A DNA stretch of 64,000 bases from the NCBI GenBank assembly GCA_002633005.1, contig NMRA01000056.1, positions 878,027-942,026 of the forward strand, read 5' to 3'. Shown piece by piece: positions 36,541-50,300 of the stretch. The position numbers and the translations under genes were made by a program. Numbering within the stretch: the first letter of the stretch is position 1; each line of letters starts with the position of its first letter. The stretch is from Phoronis australis (lineage: Eukaryota > Animalia > Phoronida). The notes beneath the pieces are model-generated. The model was not told the origin of the DNA. It saw only the letters and a program-made list of their open reading frames with translations, and made no database searches.

Positions 36541-38180
36541 TGTAAGTATGCATGATTTGTAACAAGGTAGTCCCTCCTTTTCTCATTTTTGAAATAGCTT
36601 TCTTCAGGTATGAACGACTTTATCTAGAGAACCATAGAAATTAGGCCTGTAAAAGTATAATATATCTTCTAAAAGCAGAATGCCCGTAGAAGTGTTCAAC
36701 TGCTCATCAGTTTGTCATCGAGTCACCTGACCATGCCTTCAGTAAACTCCAGAAAAAAAAGAAAGGTACTGCAAAACAGCGTATCAATGAGGCGACCAAT
36801 TATCATTTCATAAAGGTTCAAGATGAAATCTCAAAAAGGTTTCCTTCGTTTTCATTGTATTCAATTTTGATTTCTTTCATAAAAATCATCAGCCCTATGT
36901 CAGTAGCCCGTCATGCAGAAGTGGAACGTGACAGTGTCCTATTAATCCGATCAGCCATTTCTGAGATATTACTCTTCAGTGGCCACATTTGCTCATTCTT
37001 CTTGCATCCTACACACTTAACTAGTGATGAAAGACTGTGTGTATGTGAGTGACAGATATATGGTTGACCTATATTTTTAAACTAGTACTGCATAACATTC
37101 TATTATAAACCAAAAGACAACAGTAGAAACGATTCTGAGTAACGTACAGTCAAAATTTCTCAAATTCCAACATGGCGATCGGAATGTCCCAACAATACCT
37201 TCCATGGCTTCCAACCAGTCGAAGTGTTTTATTTCGTTCTGTGAACCAACCGTTAAAACCACAGTCTTAATTCTTTAACAATGCGTAAATCTCCTCCAGA
37301 AAAGAACATCTCTCAAGGAGACCATTGCAAAATAATCAACTGAACCTTATTTTCAGTAGCATTTTCATTGATTTATGTTGTCGACAAACACATTGACTTT
37401 TGCATAACAATCACGGCACATACTCCAGTAAAACATGTTTTAGTTACAGGTATGGCTAAAAGTCTTCCCTCATAGCAACTTTGACGACCAGGGATGTGAG
37501 ACCCGTTCTAAGAAACTGACTGAACTGTTCATTATTTTACGTAAGTCAAAGATTTTTCAAACTTTGAAACTTCCACATCTGGTAAGTTAGTGAATAGTAA
37601 ATCAAAAACTTGAGTCAAACTTACGATCTCTTTCAGAAATTAAGTTTTATCTTAAAATTGACTGGAATTTAAGATTTGTCGTAGCTAAGTCAGTTTACTT
37701 GTGACGGGCCCTTGGTTCATAGTTTGGTCTGCCGCTCACACTTTACAATAGTCGAATAGATGTTCAGTCAATCATTATGAGCGCATCACTGTCTGGAAAT
37801 ATTTCATAGATCACATCACAGTCAGTTGTGTCTATTTTGTCAGAGCCTGCACTTTTGCTAAACCGAGAATTAATCGTTTTTCAAAAATTGTTGTGTGGAG
37901 CGCAAGACCGAATTTCTGAATTAAGTATGAAGTCACTTTTGTGCAGGCAGCTTGTTCCAAGTAGGTGCTAAACTTTTCACATCGACGCTCTCTAGAGTAA
38001 TGAGAGCACGAAAGTGACTTCCGACTGATTCCGGTGAACAGAATTCAATTGCTATATAGTGGTTCACAAATATAAAAGCAGATAAAGTAATTCCACTTTC
38101 AGATCTACCCATAGTCCCAACGTAGTCTGCACATCTTTACCACAGTTTCCTTGCACATGGGTTCTAACACCACCTCTGAG

Positions 38181-38338
38181 TCAGTGACGAGTATTCATAA
38201 TTTCTTGGGCTGTTATCACTCCAAAAAGTAAAAACCCGGAAGTGACGTACAGTACACCTACACCAATGAGAACAGATTCTGTCGCTTTACGTAAGTTAAC
38301 GTTTGTTTTGTCGATGACCGACTTGATGAGACTCAAAC
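38181..38338 (-). CDS. Paralog B exon 8 (last coding exon)
   Basis: ttgtag acceptor; ...GVITAQEIMNTRH then TGA; 158 nt. Confidence 0.88.
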
Positions 38339-41300
38339 CTACAAAAAATAAATTACAGGTGAGATCTTTTAAGTACATCATATCAGGGTGTCAATGACAG
38401 TTTTAGTCGTTATCGTTCTTCGCTCTAGCTAGACTGCAGTTGTTCAGTCTGTACCCCTAGGAATAAGACGTCCACCTCTTATTTTTGGGTAATTCTTGCG
38501 TATAAGCCCGCCTACCAGCCTACGCCTAGCTGCTCAGGTGAAAGACCGCCTCTTCTTACCTCTCGGTTCAAATCAAGGTATTACCTCCCATTGGGGGGCT
38601 AGCGTATCGCTGTACAGAAAAAATGATTACGACAACGTAACGTGCGTTCATCAAAAGTCTGATAAGGCCCATAGGCCCATGGGCTATATGTGCGATACAA
38701 GCCGGTCCATAGGCTCACGAAAGTCCAGGAGTACGACGAACCTTGTTTTTGTAGTTCCTCAGCTACAACAAACCCATGGGCTTCCAACCGAGCATATAAC
38801 CGATACCATAAGCATAACGATGACATAAAGTCGCTAAAAGGATACTGAACTGAGTGCCCGTGGCTCAAATAGGGTAGTTTCTCGCAAGAAAAGAAAGCTA
38901 TTGCAAGACTTTCCAAAGTCGTGCGAGTGAAAAGCAAGTGTTTCGCAAGTAGAGTAACATAGTACAAAAAGGACTCCCCATTTGATGTCCAGTCAAGACC
39001 ACATTAAATACATTGTAACAGACTGTCATATCTACAAGTTTTCGCACCTCAAACCATCTTCTTGGGTTTGCACCTGACAACAACAACAAAAAACCTCTCG
39101 CTGACTCATTCTAACCGCGCAAACTACATTTACGCCAAAAGCTGTTACTACGACTGTATGTAACACGTCAACGAGCAATTCACGATCGGTTCGTATTTGT
39201 ATAAATGACCAACTTACCTGGGAAAATGCAAGAAAAGAAGAATCCAAATCCTCCGGCGTATGCCACTACAGTCACTATATCTGGCACGGCTATGTAAATA
39301 CCCAAAATCAATAGGAAACCTATCACTCCCATCGTAATGAGATGCTTCCGCTCACTACGCGCCGCTTCGTCAGGGGTCATGCTCCAGACGTCTAACCACA
39401 AATCCCGAACTGCATTTCTGTAAGTCATGATAACTTAATTTAAGAACAACGTTGATGGGTCAACTGGATTTGTCATCTAAAACCTCAAAAATAAATCCCA
39501 TGTAGGAGTATGGGAGGCAATCCCAGCACTAGTCCTCCGTAACCGTGTGATCAAGAGTCTAAGCAAAACAAAACAAGCGAAATCTCACGTCTTTTTTCAC
39601 AGGCATGAAGTAGGAAGGTTTGCTTCTTTGTAACGGAAGCAATGCTCCTGAAGTAATTTCCGACCTTGGAAAGAAATGATAGTTCGTTACTGCTCGATAG
39701 CACATTCAACTGGTAGGCTTCGCATTGGCAATGCAATAACAATTACGAACTGTCGTTTCTCCCAAGTCTGAAATCGCCACTCAACTCAAGTGAGTTGTAA
39801 ACAAGTTGAGGCAAGTGCTGTAATGTTAAGCGGACAAACTCAAAAGCTGGCTTTGTGGCACAGCGCAAGTTTATCAACATTTAAGCGATTGGGGCGATTT
39901 CAGTTGGAATCTTAGCCCAAAGCGAACGCCCCTGGGCATCAATTATGGTCGAACCATTGACATGGCTATGATCCGACTTTACTCGGCTGCCGACTTCAGT
40001 TAGCGAAGTCACAGGATGGACGACTCCGGGTTGTTGCAAATAAACTGAACGATTTCTTTGGTTGTAAAACGACCAACAAATGGCAGATGAATGTATATTC
40101 GAAATATATATTTACCGAAACAATAACAGTTGTTTAAACTGTTTATTAAATAATCAACGCTGCTTTATTGTGTAAGTCAGCTTATTTGATACGAATTTAT
40201 GGTCTGGATAGAGCAATATTTTCTTGATTCAGAATGCCTATGTATGGGCCGCGGAAAGGGCAAAAATGGTTAATAGAAAAACCCAACCTAATTCGTAAAT
40301 ATCAAACCTAATTATTAAAAATCAATCCTGTTTGGAAAATCAAACCTAAATCGTAAAAATCAAACCTATTTGGAGAGTCAAACCTGACGGTAGAAACAGG
40401 AACTAGCTAAGTGCGCGGAAAGGGCAAAATTAGGTAACACTGAAAATCAATAGGTTGGGGTCGGTTGACTGCTGGAGGAAGACGACCGCGGCTTGACTGG
40501 AATATTTTCCCGGCTGTTGTTTACTTCCAGCCTCTCCCTCACGAGTTTTATTAAATAGGTTGCCTCCGTGAGCAGCCGATTCATACTCCTGTGAAATTCG
40601 CTTTCGTCTTCGGCCATGTCGAATGTTCGCGCGAATACACCCAAGCAAAAACTGAACATGCGACTTTGCGGGAAATCAACACTCCAGACCGAAGGTGGCG
40701 CCCCACTCATCAGATGACCCCGTCGCTCCGTGACCTACATGCTAGTGTTGTCTTATGCAGTAAATGCTGGGGCCTCAAAAGCGCTCAGCAGCTTCCTCAA
40801 GCGCCGCCAGGATTGATTTTAAAAACCCTAGATCTCTGCAACAGGATTGACTTCGTTAATTTGTGTCAGAATTTTTTACATGGCGTTGAATTTTCCAATT
40901 AGAGTTAAATTTTATATTGATAACGTTGAATATACGAATTATTTTCTTATAAACTAATTTTCCGCTTTCCGCGCACGTAGCTAGTTCCCATTTCCATCGA
41001 CAGGTTCGATTTTACAAACACATTTGATTTTTACGTATTAGGTTTGATTTTTACGAATTATGTTTGATTTTTACGAATTATGTTTGATTTTTACGAATTA
41101 TGTTTGATTTTATTTCAATTAACTACTTTTCTTTACGCGGCCGATACATATGCTTGTCTTTTTTCGACCGACAAAGGTGAATCACATGGTTCGTAACGTG
41201 AAATGGGCTCTTTTAAAACTACCTACCTGATGCAGAAGAATATAACCGGAAACGCTGTTAAGCATTTTAGTGCCAAGACAAAATAAGAGATGTAAATATC

Positions 41301-44300
41301 TGCCGTGGGAAAGTATGACAGAATTATTTCCTTGTTGACTTCGTCTCCGAATGAAAGGTAGCCGAAGACGGGGACGAGTGTGTTGAACACGGCGCAGATG
41401 AGTATTGTGGCAGCAGTGGTCTTTGCGAAGCCCATTGTATTTCTTTCACTCATTGCAGCAAAAATAGTCGTCATTTCAAAGTGGCACTAGAAAGAGAATA
41501 CAACGATCCTACATTGGGTCCATAACGCTGTTTTGACCGTGAAGCGAACTTAGGGGGCTCCAGGGAGTACATGTAGGCCTATACGCTGAACACACCATTG
41601 GCAATGGCTCTGTTTCCTTCCACAAAAGAGCGGATTTAAGTGAAGTCAAACGTGTTTTAAGAATTAAAGTTCTTCAGGCATTTCCTATACTAGTGCTGTC
41701 AGACTTAATTACAATAAAGGGTAATTGAGAGGAAGGACTAATTGTCTTTCGGTTTGTGACCGTCCAGACTTGCACTGCCTGCCAACTCCAGACGGTTCAT
41801 CACAAGACAATGTTATGCGGGATACTCTTCTCAGTGGGCGACTCTATGCAATAGGTGGTACAAGAAGAAAAGTACGCGTCTGCATAAATAGAGAGCATAA
41901 ACGCGTAGTAACGCGTTCCGTAATGTAAAACACTCGCATGAAATTTACTTGAGGCTAGGAATATTGGCTAAGGCTTGTGGAACGGAAACTGTGTTTACTT
42001 ACAAACTTTATTGCGCTTTCAACTTTCCAGCTTCACCGAACAATTGACAGCTTTCTTGTAAGCTAGTGTGGTCGCGAAGTTATCGTGAAACACCCACCTT
42101 TCAGTAATGTAATTTTGTATAGTTTTGTGTAATGTCAGTCAAACTTTGCAATAAACCCATTTAAGAGTGCGTTCCTGTGAATTAGCATGACGACTTCGAG
42201 GAATATAAGGACTCGCGTCTACCTGGATGTATACACATCTGTACCTGGTGTAGTCACGTGCCACTGTCGCTTGTACACGCGGATGTTACGGTCAGTGACC
42301 CTGGAGTCTCTTGACTCAAAATTTCTGGTCCACCCCGGACCAGTGTAACAGAAGTGAGTTTTTAGCAACTGGTTACTACGTCTGAGATGCCTTGTGGTTC
42401 AGATGGCTTCGTTTTTAAAGGTTGGAAAGTGCTAATTTCTTATCAAAACATCAACATACGATAAGCTGTCAAATCAAAACACCCGCAAACACCATCTGAC
42501 GATACATGTTAACTAGCTGATCTCGAGCACTTATTGGTCGATAATAACAACGCAGTATCGGGACAACCAATCATACATTAGTCACCATTCTATTTAAACA
42601 GAAAAGTCGTCAGATATTGCTGCTCGTGTTGATGAACACGACACACCTAGTGTGTCCGTTGAGTTGAGAAATTTTTAATTTTTTCTATTCTCCGATTTTT
42701 GAGATTTTGAATTCACGACTGCGATATGCAGTCCTATAAAGGAAGGTGTAAAGATGCTGACAATATAGTCAATTGTCAAAACAAAGTAAATGGTGGTTTT
42801 AAAGCCTTCTTAGGATGAGGCTTTCCACTTTTTGAGGTTTCAGACCCTGTATAATAATTTTATAGAATAAAATATGACTAAACAAGCACTTATTTTGGGA
42901 AATAAGGAATTTTGAATTCTAAAGAAAAACCAATGATTTTTTGGTTTCCCGCCACGTGATGTCAACAGTGGAAGGTCTTGGATCAGTTGACAGTAAATAT
43001 GCAAAAGTAGATAGCATTAAGTCATACCCGTGACTGCCGTACCAATCTGTGCTATACCAAAATTGTTAGTAACCAAATTCAATCATTTATTACAATCGTG
43101 TGAAGGCTTTTCTCCATTCTTCTATTTTTAACATGCTTAAAAGCACTTTAAAAATATAAGACTAGGAGGAAACGTGTGACAGTTTAACGACGATGTCCAG
43201 AGAACTAGGTTTTCGAAACTTAGTTAAGAACTGTACATGGGTAAACAATTGAATGTTGGCGACGACGGAGAATGATTGGCTAAAGCATAAACTTTTCTTT
43301 CCCAAAAATCACAATACCGGATGAACTTTATTGTACCTGACTCTCACCAATCGCTCTTACCATGTAAGCCAATGACACACCAGGTGCAATTAGTAAAGTG
43401 TCTATCCACGTGGCTTTGGTATTGAAGCTAACGACCTCCGTTGATCTCAGGAAGTACTTGACAACTATGAGACCGACGATGTATATCATTCCGACAAAAC
43501 CCATCGCGCTGCAAAGTAGAACAGATTCTGTGCAACAAATGAAGCATTGAGGTAGTTTTTAAAAATCTTTTGTCTTAAGTGTGTTGTAAGATGTTGATGA
43601 ATAGTCAAGACTGTGGAGCGCTACATCTGGTTCCAAGTAGCTATCCTACTGTAGGAGTATGTCTGGAAAATGATCTTAAAGATAGCCTCCAGTGACCAAA
43701 GCACCCTTTTGACACCAGAAATACAAGTATTTTTAATAACATGTTGTTTTTGTTTTTTAAATACCATAGGAAAGTAATTAATTGCGATGTAAATTACACT
43801 AACAATCATTCGTAGCCCCTTCGAGCACCCCAGAGATTTTCTCAACCAATCAGCGTAAAGTGGTGCATGTGACATCATCGTGCCAATGAAATTTCCCCCG
43901 TAGTCTCAATGCGCAGCAGCTGAGTGTCATTTCTTGGACGTAAGCTAGTTATGGGTCTCTGGGGTAAAATACCGCGTAGCGTGGTGCGCGGGTGCAGCAG
44001 TGTAAGCGAGAATGGCATATATTTACGCAACTGACCCGCCGATTCCGTCATGTGCCGTGCATGGAATAAATTCGCATCCAACACAAGGAATGACTGGCGA
44101 CAAAATTCTAAGAGCAGCAAGATCTCTTCTTGCCTTGCTGCAAAGCAGTATATTAAATGTGCGCCAATGTGGGTAAAAAAACTGACTAATTAAATTCTGA
44201 CACAAAATTAGTTTCAGTAAAAACCACACCGCTCTTCCTTGAGTAAACTAAATTATTTACCGGTGTTGGAAAATTAGCGTTCTACCGCCATTCTATTGTT

Positions 44301-47300
44301 AAACTGTGGTGCACTCTTTTGTGTCGGATTTCGGTGCTGTCACCAATTGTCCAGTTTAATTTTTAACGACCCTTCAATCAACTGATCTTCTTTTCTACAA
44401 GTTTGCGTACATGTCACAATAAATTATCGGAACTGGTTTCATTTCGCTTTAGTATTTTAATATCAGCAAACCAAATTTCAGAACAAATTTTGCTGCTGCG
44501 TGATTGACATCATCTGCCGAGAGATGTCGCAAAATTTTAGGAAATGGCGCATGCGCGTGTCACGAGCGTACTGTTTTCAAAACGACGACAGACTTTTCTT
44601 TGTCACAAAAAGGTGGAGAATTATGCTAGAAAATGACGTTTATTAGATTGTTTTACTTAAAGTGCTTCAACGGGCAAGGTGATTGTCAGTTGATTCCCAG
44701 ATTTTGTATGCACCTCTGCCGGTCGTTGGCTCTACATGTTATTGTTGATATACTTTTCACGACGAGGTAACGAGCAGAACTACCCCAGCTGTGTGAAATT
44801 TCGGGGTCTAACGGAGCTGAACACACAGTGGTCCCTAGCTGTATTTTGACAATAGTTTTCATACACACGAGGTGTGTTCAACAACTGAACGAATGACCTA
44901 CTTTTAAGTAGGTCAACAGTTGATCCCCACTGGATCAGAGATAGTCACAAAATTAAAACGTTTTAGCGATAATTAAGTTAAATACGTACTGAAAATTCAG
45001 TTGACATTGCGAATGAATCTTGAAATAGGGAACATATGGTTAAGGCACGTATAGGTTATATTGACCGAAAACAAGTTTTCACCGAATAATTAACCAAAGA
45101 CTTTGAGAATGGCTTGAGATTTTCACCTCTCACAACTTAATCAGCTTTTTCTGGGCTTCGGCAAATCGACTTAATCCGACTCAGGAACACGAGTTCTCGA
45201 AAACCGTTGTGTAAATTTCGTTGAAAATTTCTAAACTTAATATGCATTCATCAATCTCAAGAACTCTTTTGGGATGACTATTAAAGATGAATAGTCTCAT
45301 TAATTTGTGAATACGCACATGAAATGCTAATTTGCAAACAACCCCGGGTCCCCCAGTGTGTCAGAAATCATCCGAGAACAAGTTACCGTTACAATCTCGC
45401 GAGAAAATTTTATGTAAATGAATATGGCGCACGAAGACTCGATACCGGGCAAGAGAACAAAGAAGAAATGTAATTTTATTTTGCCGTCACCTTGAACAAT
45501 ATTCAACATCATGCCATTTTATGTTTCTGATAGTGCAAATTTTATTTGCATACAATTCTCGTCCACATTTCTTAGGACGACAAGGGAATCCCTAAGAAAC
45601 CCCCCACAGCATTGTCGTTACCCTAATGAAACAAGGCACATTTTTATTATTTGCTTATTTCAGTATCAAATAAAGATTGGGTAATGTTGAGAATTCTTAG
45701 GGTTTTTCATATATTTACACTTGTTTTTAAGTGTGTCAGTTGTGGTGTTTTTTAAACACCAATGTTTATATAAATTGCTTCTTATCCTGATTATACTTAT
45801 TCACACAAATTTTCAGGTAGTCTCTAGGTGGTGCTTGCTACAAATTTAAATTTTCAGTTTTAATGAGACATAGCATCTTTATTTAACCTATCATAATAAA
45901 ACGCTGTGCTCTTACCTAGCATACTTCAGACCGTTGATTTCTCGCAGTAGGCACATGGGTAGAAGGATTAATAACCCCAATATGGTAACCAAGGCCTTCT
46001 GGTTGCCGTACCACGTGGTAACAAACTCTTCAGATATCACGCTGGCCACAACTGAAACGAAGAGAGTGTATTGTCCAACAATGACACATTTCGCAGTCAG
46101 AAGCCACAACACTCCACAATCAAACTGTCGCCACTTTACGTAGGGCCTCATATCAAAAATAATTAACACTCCTTGATTGATTTCTAACAGTCGAACGACC
46201 AGTCAAAACAAAATCGTATGCGCTCCATCTCTACAAGTAATACACGAACTGTGACCTCAAAATTGCGTCGGAGCCTCCGTCCAATCTGTCCGATTGGCTG
46301 TATACGAAAGGGCGAAACCTATCGTTGGACTTTTGCATTTTGAATATAGTCCTTAGCGTCTACTGAGTGCTTATAACGATCAATGGCGTAGCCAGATTCG
46401 GAAGTTGGTACCCAGAGTGATGGATCACTGGTTGCCAGGCCAGGCACGCAAACACAAGCACAAGATAGTCACAACATATGACAGTTGGCAACACGGACCG
46501 TGGCCTTCTTGTGATCTGCAGCGGTGATCGCAATACGCGTTCGAGTGCTCACGGCTACTACCACGATTGCTTATCGCAGGCGCAGATCCAGGGAGTCCAA
46601 ACCCCAACAGGGTTACTTTTACATTGTTGTAATGGAGGAATCTCAAACACTCACTATGTAAGCTACTCTGTTGTTGCCCCCGGACAAAATTCTGGAACTG
46701 CGGTAATATTGTCTACTAGGTTATGTAAGACCGTACAGACAAGTCTATGTATTTTATCAAATATTTACAAAACTATAAATTCTTAACTCAGTAGAAGTAC
46801 TTACGTTTTTGAAAGTACGAGGAAACCTGTAAAATTTGACTATTTACCAGGCTGCCATTGACTTAGCTGAGACAATTCCTAAATTTTACTAAATTTTAAA
46901 ATAAAAGTTCAATTTGTCTTAAAATCATTTCAAATTAGAGATCTTAAGCTTGATTTAAGTGTTTGACGTAAGTTTTGTCTTAATTTTGATGAATTTACCA
47001 GATGTGGAAGTTTCAAAGTTTGGACGTTAAGCCAAATCTTAGACTTAAGGCAAAAATGAACTTAAGTCAGTTTATTGGAATGGGCCCCTGGTCTTTTTCA
47101 GTATAAACAAAAGTACATTGATAGCAAAACAACGATGTCAATAACATGATCAACATGAGATCTCGGAAACGCTGTTTTAGCTTTCTAAAATATCGTTTCG
47201 AATTCGTTTCGTGCAACTTTAATTTTTCATCAAAGTTCTGTTTTGACAGCTCCTCCTTCATTGTGTCCAAAAGTCGCCGTCATTCGTTCTCATATTCGTA

Positions 47301-50300
47301 GAGAAACGGCCAATTTCACAAAGATCCTACGAGAGCTTACAAAGATTCATCCGCTGACTCAGAAGAATTTCACTTCTTGGTGACGCCATTGTTGGACTCG
47401 CTCGTGTGCTTTCCCAAACAGAGAAGCATCGTATGCATACTCACATTTTCTTCGTGGTTGTAGTGATCACGTGACCTCAATCAAAGTGAGTACCGTAGGC
47501 ATAGTATATTACCAATAGTCACCTACCGGGGTATCGGATTTTGTGAACAAGTTTGTTGCACGTTATACAAGGGAGAAAACTGGTTCTTAAGGTAACTGTA
47601 AACCTAGTTTACCAGACTGTACTTATGTGAAAATACCTTAAATTCTGTTAGCTGTAACTCCTACAAAGTATACTTTTTCTGAAAGGTGAAGAAGATTTTC
47701 CTCACAAAATGTATTATTCTTATTTAATTGTCTTATTTTTTCACGATATGCGTATTTTAGTTAAAAAATGACTTTGAACAAAGATTTAAAAAATATTGTT
47801 CCCTCCAATCATATCGGTCGTTTGACAACATGTTGCTAACGGTATTTTCGATTTTAAGTAGGTCTTAATTTTTTTAATTATCCACTTTTCAGAGTATTCT
47901 GAATAAAAACGGCCGTACTCTTTATTTTTGAAGGCTTCGTTCCAAAAACATTAGACATAAATCGAGATTCTTATACCCGGTTACCTTCGAAACTGAGTCA
48001 TCAAATAGCAAGTATTCGAAATTTCATAGCAATCCGTTCACGCATTGCCGAGAAATCGATGTACAAAACTTAAAATAAACCCCAAAATCGCAACGCGAAA
48101 AATTGGCAGCAACGCACGGTGGAGATCGAGAAGTGTACATTTGGCATAATATCAGAACTTTCAGGAGTTTCTTGACATGATTAATTTGGGTATTGCGAAA
48201 AGTAGAAATTTAGGAATAACCGTTCAGTTTTCAGTTAGCGACCTAATCGAGTCTGCCAGAATGCTCAGGTCGCAATTAACTGTGGGCGGAGTTTGTGCCT
48301 CATTTAGCTGAACTAGGTCAACGCAGCTTTTTCGAGAAGGCTGGTAAATCGTGGACGTGGTGTAACTAAAATACAGAATAGAAATCATGTTGAATTTTCT
48401 AAGGGCACAGAAAGAAGTACTGGGAGCATTGCGTTGAGAAATTGGTCTCTAGTGAGATTTAGCCATGATTTTATGTTGTTACTTCAAACCATTTTCATTT
48501 TGCGAAATAAAACTCCAACCTTGTCTCCTTGTTTCCTAGTACAAATCAAGTTCGCAAAACTGTGATCTTTCGTTCAAGACATTTTATCGGAGACACGTGA
48601 AAGTCTGATTTTATATAGTAATTCACTGGGGCTTACCGGAGACCCACGAAATATCAGTTTACTTACAGAGTGTTGTTTTTGGTTTCCATAACTAATGCCT
48701 GATGTTAGATATCAATCTTTACTTGATGTATCCAAGTTGATCTGGATCCTGCCATGAGCCTCAGGTCCGGGAGGTGTGAAATTCACTGCTAGCCGAATTC
48801 ATGGATTGCGTGATTCAGCGAGTTCACTGATGCAATAAATCGTTGCCTCTGCCTGTTCTTGCAAATATAAACTCTCGTCGGATTACACCATTGCTTACAT
48901 TTCTGTATATTTCAGATTCGATTCAAAAGTCCTGTGACTGAGTGTCGACCTAAAACGCTAGGTATAGTGGTGTTCGGCCGGTCGCGGAAATTACCGAAAG
49001 TGTAGTTGGATTATTGGGCGGAGCTAAATCGTCTGCAGAAATAGAAGACATACGACGGAGTAAAGTGGTTGGTGAGTAATGCAACAGAGAAAAACTTGAC
49101 GTAAAGAATAAGATAACAGCAAATAACATGTGAAACTCCAGTGGCACGAAAACGAGGCAGCAACTGTGCCTGACGGGTGTTTACGGCATTGTGGGTGAGA
49201 TTGGAGTGTCCGGCTGTGCAATACGGGGCGGACCTGTTGTAGATGGACTGGTACAAGTTAGTAACGTAGGCAGGCATGCGCAGGCCGCTCGAGTGGTCCC
49301 ATTGCATTGATCACCTGGAATCATGTTTGTGCTTTATCAGTTCATAGTTAAAACCGAGCTCAGGAGCTAAAAATGGGTCCCTAGGACCAAGCAGTGTACC
49401 CCAGTGGTACTCGAACCCAGGATCTTGAGTAAAGGAAGCGGACACCTATCCCCCAATCCAACACTGCCTCTTCCAGACATAGAGTAATAATGTACTCACA
49501 TTTTTCCACGTGGTCTCCAGTGACGACTAAACACATTACGCAAACCCCAGCACCTTCCACAACCATGAGAACTATGCATATTTTCTGTCCAAAGTTTCCC
49601 AGTACCATCAACGTGGCCTCTTGGTACGAGCTAGCCTGGGTCAAGTGTGCAATATACGCCAAGATCGCCAGCCCACCTGTCATCAAGGCTAGGACTGCCT
49701 GCAATGAAAATGGTTTGGTTACAAAGCTTTGAAGTTTTCTCCTTGGCAATTTTACATGTTTACGTCAGACAAATTTTAACTTGAAGTGATATCTTTCAAG
49801 CCATTAAGCACAACCTAAGCAGTAATTCCATCTAGTGTTCGGTCAAAGAACTAATCTTCTTGTTTGACTAACTGCCGTACTGCTTTGAGCACATAAAATG
49901 ACGACTCGCCAACATTACATCAGTGAGTTCCGGTCTCACTATGTTGAGGTCTGTTTCGAGTGGTTTCATGTGATTTGAAACAACCAAACGTCTCTCCTGA
50001 GGAAACGGACCAGGCAAAAAGACGAAAAGTGCCTGGACATGTGGCATACACTAAGATACACTGTTTGGTGGCCACAGTTTCTAGTCTCATGCCCAAACTT
50101 AATTGGTATTTGAGAGTGGTGTAAATCTCAAAATAGAGACCAATTGGTCACATTTTTCTAAGATCTGATTTTTATGCGTATTTCAACTTTTTAAATTTCC
50201 TTGTAGTTCTCCTATTTTTCGCAATTTTTTCACCCAATCACGAGAAGTTAGCACACCTTCTCGGGACGATCAATTTCCGATCAATGCATCTCACTAATTC

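Noticed and set aside
44866-44885. cacgaggtgtgttcaa, a mariner-like TIR start
   Set aside because: No matching opposite TIR found in the window.
49395-49468. Functional tRNA gene
   Set aside because: B-box-like motif only; no clean cloverleaf, so at most a SINE head.
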